Below are positions 50,517 through 57,327 of a stretch of 57,327 nt of DNA, one piece after another. Within the stretch, counting starts at the first letter, position 1. The number at the start of each line of letters is the position of its first letter. The notes below the pieces were generated by a model, which did not search any database, was not told where the DNA came from, and saw only the letters and a program-made list of their open reading frames with translations. The stretch covers positions 1 through 57,327 of the forward strand of contig CADBTU010000101.1 in assembly GCA_902797625.1 (NCBI GenBank), read 5' to 3'. Source of the stretch: an uncultured Bacteroidota bacterium. Lineage in GTDB: Bacteria; Bacteroidota; Bacteroidia; Bacteroidales; WCHB1-69. The position numbers and the translations under genes are program-made.

Positions 50517-51791
50517 ATGATACGACTTCTCATTATTTTTATCTTGATACTAATCAACGGTTTTTTTTCTATGAGCGAGATTGCTATGGTCTCGTTCAAG
50601 AAAGTTCGTATTGATAAATATGGTGATAAACATAAGAAAGCGGTTGCTATAGCTCATAAATTGCAAGAAAAGCAGGAGGAGTTTTTGGCTTCAATACAAG
50701 TTTGTATTACTTTGGTTGGACTTTTAACTGGTTTTATTGGTGGGTCGGCTATAGCTGTTTATTTGGAACCACTTCTTCTCCTGACAGGAATTGGTGTTGC
50801 CGCCGCTAAATCTGTAGCAATAGTTTTGAGCATATCTGTCATAACATTTTTTGCGATAGTGCTCGGCGAACTTGTTCCTAAAACAATCGGGTTGTCAAAA
50901 CCTGAACGCGTTGCTATTGCTGTTGCACCAGTGATGAATTTTATACGTAAACTTTTTAAACCTATCGTAAAAATTTTGTCATTTACCACATCTCTGATTG
51001 ATAAAATGTTAGGAATTAAAATTATAGATGAACACCTAACAGAAGATGAACTTTTAGATATTATTAAAGAAGCTGGTGAGGCTGAGGTAATAGAAGAAGA
51101 ACAAAGTGAACTTCATGAAAATATTTTCTCTTTTTCCGATAAACGTGCTATACATATTATGACACATCGGTCTGAAATTGAATGGATTGATGTTAATTTA
51201 GATTTTGATAATTTTATACAACAACTTTATGATTTTTCTTTTAGTAAAATATTGGTTTGTGATAAACATGTAGAAAACTATATAGGTGTGCTGAATGTGA
51301 AAGATTATTTCAAAGAGTTGTATCTTAAAAATGATGTGGATTTACGTTCTATGTTAGATATACCTTTAGTCTTCTCTGAAAATACTGATGCTCAAGATAT
51401 TCTCACAGAATTTAGAAAATCACAATACTATTTTGGAATTGTGGTAGATGAGTTTGGTGAGCTGGCGGGAATTGTTACTATGCACGATATTCTTGAAAAT
51501 ATTGTAGGTGATGTTCCTGAAGAGGAAGAAGTTGTTGAACCAGATGTTGTTGAGTCAGATGATGAAACTTTCTTAGTTCGTGGAGATGCTAATATTGACG
51601 TTCTTACAGACGTAATTGAAGATTATGATGTAAATTATGATGAAATTGATTATTCAACAGTTGCAGGTTTTGCTGTAGATCATTTCGAAACTATCCCAAA
51701 AGAGGGAGATTATTTTGAATTTCTGGGTTATACTATCGAAATTGCCAAGATGGATCATAATAGAATAGAACTTGTTAGAGTTAAAAAATAA
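50517..51791 (+). CDS. HlyC/CorC-family (CNNM/DUF21-CBS-CorC) transporter
   Basis: NGFFSMSEIA, GELVPK, IMTHR, VVDEFG...GIVTMHDILE.IVG, STVAG. Confidence 0.93.
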   Translation: MIRLLIIFILILINGFFSMSEIAMVSFKKVRIDKYGDKHKKAVAIAHKLQEKQEEFLASIQVCITLVGLLTGFIGGSAIAVYLEPLLLLTGIGVAAAKSVAIVLSISVITFFAIVLGELVPKTIGLSKPERVAIAVAPVMNFIRKLFKPIVKILSFTTSLIDKMLGIKIIDEHLTEDELLDIIKEAGEAEVIEEEQSELHENIFSFSDKRAIHIMTHRSEIEWIDVNLDFDNFIQQLYDFSFSKILVCDKHVENYIGVLNVKDYFKELYLKNDVDLRSMLDIPLVFSENTDAQDILTEFRKSQYYFGIVVDEFGELAGIVTMHDILENIVGDVPEEEEVVEPDVVESDDETFLVRGDANIDVLTDVIEDYDVNYDEIDYSTVAGFAVDHFETIPKEGDYFEFLGYTIEIAKMDHNRIELVRVKK

Positions 51792-51848
51792 CAAACGATT
51801 GTTGAAAAAATAGTTAAATTTATTACTGCTTTAAGATGATTATTATAT

Positions 51849-51856
51849 TATCTTTG
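51849..51856 (+). promoter_or_regulatory. -7 promoter box (TATCTTTG) 4 nt before an ATG
   Basis: TATCTTTG-CAGA-ATG. Confidence 0.65.
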
Positions 51857-51860
51857 CAGA

Positions 51861-52529
51861 ATGAAAACAAAATTAAGATTTACTCGAGGAGAATTGATGG
51901 CGGTTCTTTTTATGCTTGTGATAATATTGTCAAGCAATATTGTCTATTATTTTTACAAGCCGAATCCAAAAATTGGAGTTAAAATGGATGAATATGCTTT
52001 GATTTTTGAGGAGATAGTTAAAACTCAAAAATTCATTGAGGACTCGATTGCAGATAGCAGGTTAAAGGGTAGATTTTTTACTGATTCTGTGCCAAAATTA
52101 GAGAGGAAATCAAAGCAAAAAATGTACGAAATAGTAAAGTTAGATGTTAATACTTGTGATACAAACGATTTGGTTGTCGTTCCCCAGTTTGGTTCAAAAC
52201 GAGCTTTAAAATTGGTTGAATATAGAGATCGACTTGGAGGATTCTATTCTCTATCTCAACTTCAAGAAATTTATATATTACAAAATATTGATACAAATCG
52301 ACTGAAAGAGTTTTTGTATTGTAAGAGTGAAAAAATTAGGAAAATAAACATTAACACAGCATCATATAAAGAGATGGTAGCTCATCCTTATCTTGACAGT
52401 TACCTTACGAAGATGATATTAAAGCACCGAGAAACGAAAGGAATAATAAAAGATTTAGATGAGTTACAAGAGATAACTCATGCATATCCTGAGCTTATCA
52501 ATAGATTAAGTTACTATGTTTGTTTTTGA
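51861..52529 (+). CDS. ComEA-like helix-hairpin-helix DNA-binding protein
   Basis: N-terminal TM, LDVNT.D...L..VP.FG...A...V.YR.RLGGF, second ININTAS...HPY repeat. Confidence 0.85.
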   Translation: MKTKLRFTRGELMAVLFMLVIILSSNIVYYFYKPNPKIGVKMDEYALIFEEIVKTQKFIEDSIADSRLKGRFFTDSVPKLERKSKQKMYEIVKLDVNTCDTNDLVVVPQFGSKRALKLVEYRDRLGGFYSLSQLQEIYILQNIDTNRLKEFLYCKSEKIRKININTASYKEMVAHPYLDSYLTKMILKHRETKGIIKDLDELQEITHAYPELINRLSYYVCF

Positions 52530-52554
52530 TTATTTTTGTTTATTAAGATGACAA

Positions 52555-54480
52555 CTATTCGTCGCTCAAATTGAGCCATTCAGTCTCTTTTTCTTCAATC
52601 TTATTTTTAACAGATTGATATTCTTGATATAATAATCCAGAAGCAATATCGTCAGCATTATTTTCAGGGTCGGCAAGACGAGCTTCTAATGTGTTTAATT
52701 TTTCCTGAAGAATTAAAATCTCATCTTCTATTTTTTTTAGTTTGTTTTTTCTTTTTCTATCTTCAGCGTCGCGTTGTTTTTTCTCTTCCCATTGTTCTTT
52801 ATTAGAATTTTTAATTGTAGTTTGTTTTTTTTCTGCAATATTTCTACCAGAAAGAACGTTAAGAGATTCAATTTTTCTTTGATTAAGAAAGTTATAAACA
52901 TCACCTGAGAAAGGATTTATCTTATGTTCTTTAAATTCATAGACTTTAGAGGTCAATCCTTGCAGGAAATCACGATCATGTGAAACCAAAATCAAGCTTC
53001 CTTCATATTGTAGAAGTGCGTTTTTTAGAACATCTTTTGAGGGCATATCGAGGTGATTTGTAGGCTCATCAAGAATCAGAAGATTAAAAGGAGATAGTAG
53101 AAGTTTAGCAATAGCAAGACGCGCTTTTTCACCGCCCGAAAGAACTTTCACTTTCTTTTCAGTGTCTTCCGTATCAAATAAAAAGCTTCCCAACATAGTT
53201 CTAATCTTAGGTCGAATATCGCCTACAGCGACGTCATCAATAGTTTCAAAGACAGTTTTTTCTGGGTTTAGTAATTGGGCTTGATTTTGGGCGTAGTAGC
53301 CAGACACAACGTTGTGTCCCAATGAAATATAACCATTTTCAGGTATTAGGGAGCCTACAATTGCTTTAACCATCGTTGATTTTCCCTCTCCGTTGCGTCC
53401 CACAAAAGCAACGCGCTCACCTCTTTCTAATCGAAACTCTATATTATTTAGCACGTTGGGTTTAGATTCATACCCCAAAGAGAGCTCTTTAGCTTCAACC
53501 ACAACTAAGCCAGAATGTGGTGCGGGAGGAAATTTAAAAGAGATTGCGGAGTTATCATAATCATCAACTTCAACACGGTCCATCTTTTCGAGCATCTTTA
53601 TTCTACTTTGAACCTGAGCAGATTTTGTAGCTTTATATCTAAATCTTTCAATAAAACGTTCTATACGTGCGATTTCTTTTTGTTGGTTTGCGTATGCAGA
53701 TTGTTGGTTTTCAATACGTTCGAGTCGTTGTTCTACGTATTGAGAATAACTACATTTGTAATCCTGAATACTTCCTAAAGTTATTTCAATAGTTCTGTTT
53801 GTAACTTTGTCTAAGAAAGCTCTGTCGTGAGATACTAAAATAACACATCCGTCGTAAGTTGCCAAATAATCTTCTAACCATTGAATAGATTCAATATCCA
53901 AGTGGTTTGTTGGTTCGTCGAGTAAAATGATTTCTGGTTTTTGAAGAAGGATTTTAGCAAGGCAGACGCGCATTTGCCAACCGTTGCTAAATTCAGACAT
54001 ATTCTTGAAAAATTCATCTCTAAGAAACCCCATACCAAGTAAAACTTTCTCAGTATCAGCCTCTTTTGAACTGCCTCCTAAATTCACGTAATTATCATTC
54101 AAGTCTGATATTTTTTGAGTCAGTTTAGAGTATTCTTCAGAATGATAATCGTCTCTATTAGAGAGTTCGGTGGTTAATTTTGATATTTCAGTTTCAATAC
54201 TATTAAGTTCTTTGAAGGCCGACAAAGCCTCGTCCCAAACAGTAAGTTGTGATGTGCCAGCAAGCTCCTGAGGTAGGTATCCGATACGGTACCCCGAAGT
54301 AATTACCATAGAGCCAGAAGCTGGTTCAAGATCGCGATTTATAATTTTCAACAAAGTTGATTTTCCCGCCCCATTATGCCCTACAAGTCCAATTCTATCT
54401 CTATCTCCGACCGTAAAAGAGACATCTTTAAATAGAAAATCTCCAGTAAAATTGACTGAAAGTTTGTTGATTTGAATCAT
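52555..54480 (-). CDS. ABC-F family ATPase
   Basis: Two NBDs (GHNGAGKST; GRNGEGKST), LLDEPTNHLD twice, inter-NBD linker, C-terminal coiled coil, no TM helices. Confidence 0.95.
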   Translation of the reverse strand: MIQINKLSVNFTGDFLFKDVSFTVGDRDRIGLVGHNGAGKSTLLKIINRDLEPASGSMVITSGYRIGYLPQELAGTSQLTVWDEALSAFKELNSIETEISKLTTELSNRDDYHSEEYSKLTQKISDLNDNYVNLGGSSKEADTEKVLLGMGFLRDEFFKNMSEFSNGWQMRVCLAKILLQKPEIILLDEPTNHLDIESIQWLEDYLATYDGCVILVSHDRAFLDKVTNRTIEITLGSIQDYKCSYSQYVEQRLERIENQQSAYANQQKEIARIERFIERFRYKATKSAQVQSRIKMLEKMDRVEVDDYDNSAISFKFPPAPHSGLVVVEAKELSLGYESKPNVLNNIEFRLERGERVAFVGRNGEGKSTMVKAIVGSLIPENGYISLGHNVVSGYYAQNQAQLLNPEKTVFETIDDVAVGDIRPKIRTMLGSFLFDTEDTEKKVKVLSGGEKARLAIAKLLLSPFNLLILDEPTNHLDMPSKDVLKNALLQYEGSLILVSHDRDFLQGLTSKVYEFKEHKINPFSGDVYNFLNQRKIESLNVLSGRNIAEKKQTTIKNSNKEQWEEKKQRDAEDRKRKNKLKKIEDEILILQEKLNTLEARLADPENNADDIASGLLYQEYQSVKNKIEEKETEWLNLSDE

Positions 54481-54495
54481 AGAAGAAGAGAGAAA

Positions 54496-55692
54496 TTATA
54501 TAGTAGTTTTCATTATATTTATTGGTTTTTCAGATAATTCATCACTTTTAGATATTTTAGCGATATTAAGGAGTATTCCCATAGCGCATCCTGATACAAA
54601 AAGGGATGAACCTCCGCTGCTTATGAATGGTAATGTTTGTCCTGTTGCGGGTAGTAATTCGCAATTCACCCCAATATGTACAAAAGCTTGAGCGGTAAAC
54701 CAAAAACCTATTCCAAAAGCTAAAAGTCTTCCATAAAACCCCTTAGAGTTTTTTGCTATATTCCATGCACGGTAGAAGATGATCAAGTATGAAAATATTA
54801 TCAAAACGCCTACAACTATACCTGTTTCTTCAAACATAGAGGCGAAAGCATAGTCTGTTTCTTTTTCAGGGAGTCTGTTTTTAATAACTCCATTGCCAGG
54901 TCCAGCGGGGTGTAATCCAGAGCGGGCGATGGCGGTTCGCGCCAGAATCATCTGATCTCCATATCCATCTGTATTATCGTTAGTTATGAAATACTCCCAT
55001 CTGTTTATGAATGTTGCTATTCGTCCAATATTAGCTTTTTTGTTTTCGCTCATATTAGCCACAATAATTACAACAATAAGTAGTAAACCAACCACAATTG
55101 AGACCATCTTACACACCTCTTTTAATTTTGTTCCTCCTATAAATAGGATAGCTATTCCTGTTATAAAAAGAATAATTGATGTTGACATGTTAAGCAATGC
55201 TATGCAGAGGCAAAATAGACATAGAACGCCATACATTATCCAAGCTGTTCTATTGTCAAGTTCAAAATCAAAGTCCTCACACATATAGTTTAACGGTCGT
55301 TCTTCTCTCTTCTTTTTCTCATATTTTCTTCCGATGAAGTAAGACATAAACATAATGAGAATAAAACCTATAAGGTAGAAAGTTTGAACATCTCTTCCCA
55401 TAAGAGAGATACCGCGTGTTGTTTGAGAAGTAAGGGTTGTTATCAGCAGAAATCCCGCCACTAATATAAGTACAGGAGAAAATCCGCCAATAAATTTGTA
55501 ATTTATTTGATAGCATATAAACATCCCTATATATGCGAAAAGAAGATGTTTAAGATGTTGTAGTACCACGGTGCCGCGCATACTATAAACCATCAAAATC
55601 GACAATCCTGTTAGAAACAAAACAACTATTGGGATTATCTTATCAGACTTAAAAAATATTTTTCGTGTTGTGATATTATTATCGTTGTCCAT
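54496..55692 (-). CDS. ftsW: FtsW/RodA/SpoVE (SEDS) protein in the ftsW position, divergent
   Basis: GPG.G, LPE..TDYAF...EE.G, QAFVH..V, P.TGQTLPFIS.GGSS; dcw position. N-terminal SEDS motifs are degenerate. Confidence 0.85.
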   Translation of the reverse strand: MDNDNNITTRKIFFKSDKIIPIVVLFLTGLSILMVYSMRGTVVLQHLKHLLFAYIGMFICYQINYKFIGGFSPVLILVAGFLLITTLTSQTTRGISLMGRDVQTFYLIGFILIMFMSYFIGRKYEKKKREERPLNYMCEDFDFELDNRTAWIMYGVLCLFCLCIALLNMSTSIILFITGIAILFIGGTKLKEVCKMVSIVVGLLLIVVIIVANMSENKKANIGRIATFINRWEYFITNDNTDGYGDQMILARTAIARSGLHPAGPGNGVIKNRLPEKETDYAFASMFEETGIVVGVLIIFSYLIIFYRAWNIAKNSKGFYGRLLAFGIGFWFTAQAFVHIGVNCELLPATGQTLPFISSGGSSLFVSGCAMGILLNIAKISKSDELSEKPINIMKTTI

Positions 55693-55695
55693 AAA

Positions 55696-56253
55696 CTATA
55701 ATTGTGCAACGGCAGCCTTGAACATATTGCCACGTTCTCTGTATGTTATGTTGCTATCTCCGTGTACGCCAGGGGTATAGAGAACAACGTCATCTTTTTT
55801 ACAAGCATAGAAAGCATAATTTACAGCATCTTCCATACTCATTTGCATAACAACAGGAATTTCTTTAATAGCCAATTTCTGGAATACATCTAAATTGTAA
55901 ACACCTTGAAGTACTACAGCCTTAACTTTTTTTGCAACTTCAGCCATAATGTCGTCGGTGAGTGTTTCAGGGTTGTCAATATTAGTAATCCAGATGGTTG
56001 GTTTATTCATTGTTTGCAAAGAATACCATACTGCATTGGCATTTGTAGAACGGGCATCGTTAATGAAAGTTACACCTGAAAAAGTTTTCACAACCTCCAA
56101 TTTATGAGCACTTCCTTCAAAGTCGGAGAGTGATTCTGCAATGTTTTTTTGACGAAGTTTAATAAGTGATTCTGAAAGGGTACCAACGCGTGGACCTGAT
56201 ACTTCTTTCTCTTGTTCAAACAATCTGAAACTATTGGTTTTTTTAATAGGCAT
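55696..56253 (-). CDS. Truncated MurD-like protein (C-terminal domain only, degenerate)
   Basis: SLSDFEG.AHKLE.V, FINDARSTN.N.VWY.L, MEDAV, VLYTP, Y.ERG..FK..V align by eye to the MurD C-terminal part; lies between mraY and ftsW. Confidence 0.8.
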   Translation of the reverse strand: MPIKKTNSFRLFEQEKEVSGPRVGTLSESLIKLRQKNIAESLSDFEGSAHKLEVVKTFSGVTFINDARSTNANAVWYSLQTMNKPTIWITNIDNPETLTDDIMAEVAKKVKAVVLQGVYNLDVFQKLAIKEIPVVMQMSMEDAVNYAFYACKKDDVVLYTPGVHGDSNITYRERGNMFKAAVAQL

Positions 56254-56293
56254 AATGGTTTTGGTTTTAATTTTAATTTATAATAGGTTTTGG

Positions 56294-57327
56294 TTATCTG
56301 ATTTTTAATGTAACAAGTGTTAATACAGCTAAAAGCATACTAACAATTATGAATCTTTGTACTATTGTAGATTCGTGATGTCCTTTCTTTTGGAAATGAT
56401 GATGTAGAGGAGACATAAGTAATACGCGTTTTCCTTCGCCATATTTTTTCTTAGTAAATTTGAAATATGAAACTTGTACAATCACTGATAATGATTGAGC
56501 TAAATATACGCCACATAGAATAGGAATAAGAAGTTCTTTTCGTATAATAATGCAAGATACAGCAATTATTCCACCGAGTGTGAGACTACCAGTATCGCCC
56601 ATAAACACTTTTGCTGGATAGCAATTCCACCAGTAAAAACCTATACAGGCGCCGATTACAGCAGATATGAAAATAGCTAATTCTCCAGAATTTGGTATAT
56701 ACATGATATTCAGGTAATCAGCAAAAACAACGTTACCAGACACATAAGCCAACAATGCAATTCCAACTGCCATAGGAGCGGTTGTTCCAGTTGCCAAACC
56801 ATCTAATCCATCAGTTAGATTTGCACCATTAGAAACTGCTGCGATAATGAATACAATCAAAGGTATGAATAGTAAGAATGACCATTTTCCTGTTTTATCA
56901 CCAAAATAACGAGTAAGGAAAGAGTAATCTAGTTCATGATTTTTAACAAACGGAATAGTCGTTTTTGAAGAATGGTGAGGTTTATCAAATATTTTAGGTG
57001 CATTAGAATTTTCTTGATTTCCAAATTGCAGGAGATCGTTAGACGAAGCTGTAGAATATACAGTAGGATGTTTGCTAACTTTTTCGCAGATGACAACATT
57101 TGGATGAAAATACATTGCACTTCCCACAACGAGTCCAAGAACAATCTGTCCAATCAATTTTTTCTTGGGAGAGAGTCCTTCTTTATTTTTCTTAAAGATT
57201 TTGATGTAATCGTCGATGAATCCCAAGATACCCAACCATATAGTAGTAAACAGCATCAAAAGAACATAAATATTGCGCATATCGCAAAGCAAGAGTGCAG
57301 GGATTAAAATAGATGCTATTATAATAA
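56294..57327 (-). CDS. mraY: Phospho-MurNAc-pentapeptide transferase MraY (5' end beyond the window)
   Basis: GFIDDY, NGANLTDGLDGL, FMGDTGSL, PLHHHF; frame stays open to the window edge (IIIASILIPALL). Confidence 0.97.
   Translation of the reverse strand, partial: IIIASILIPALLLCDMRNIYVLLMLFTTIWLGILGFIDDYIKIFKKNKEGLSPKKKLIGQIVLGLVVGSAMYFHPNVVICEKVSKHPTVYSTASSNDLLQFGNQENSNAPKIFDKPHHSSKTTIPFVKNHELDYSFLTRYFGDKTGKWSFLLFIPLIVFIIAAVSNGANLTDGLDGLATGTTAPMAVGIALLAYVSGNVVFADYLNIMYIPNSGELAIFISAVIGACIGFYWWNCYPAKVFMGDTGSLTLGGIIAVSCIIIRKELLIPILCGVYLAQSLSVIVQVSYFKFTKKKYGEGKRVLLMSPLHHHFQKKGHHESTIVQRFIIVSMLLAVLTLVTLKIR

Noticed and set aside
56920-57100. Long periplasmic insertion in MraY
   Set aside because: The loop ending in TTIPF.KN.E.DY is typical of Bacteroidota MraY.

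Overview
AT-rich chromosomal segment from an anaerobic Bacteroidota (Bacteroidales-like) bacterium. The assignment rests on about 17 TAnnTTTG-type -7 promoter boxes (a few are variants), A-rich Shine-Dalgarno-less start regions, DUF3467 after rpoC, and Bacteroidales-type PurF, MraY and KamDE. The window is almost entirely core genes: secE-nusG-rplKAJL-rpoBC, tRNA-Pro(CGG), queC/queF/queE, guaD, rpsT, tatAC, hydE, gcvT, kamDE, recJ, dnaA, pcm, purF, murG, hemW, nrnA, two FKBP lipoproteins, eno, an ABC-F and the distal end of a dcw cluster. No CRISPR array, rRNA, prophage or intact transposase gene is visible. The strongest anomaly is the dcw cluster. Behind a normal-looking mraY, the murD slot holds a clean 185-aa ORF that is only a degenerate MurD C-terminal domain. 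The following ftsW has lost the SEDS RW and QPSExxK motifs but keeps the catalytic Asp. The murG slot is taken by an ABC-F gene, and murG sits 16 kb away in an S41/O-antigen-ligase/S8/hemW/GH20 operon. Other points of interest are IS4-like terminal repeats on both sides of the secE-rpoC block (which lacks its usual tuf/tRNA-Trp neighbours), a Gly-to-Ala change in RpoC switch 2, a perfect 38-bp intergenic palindrome and probable leaderless genes. Family assignments come from motif recognition by eye; no searches were run.
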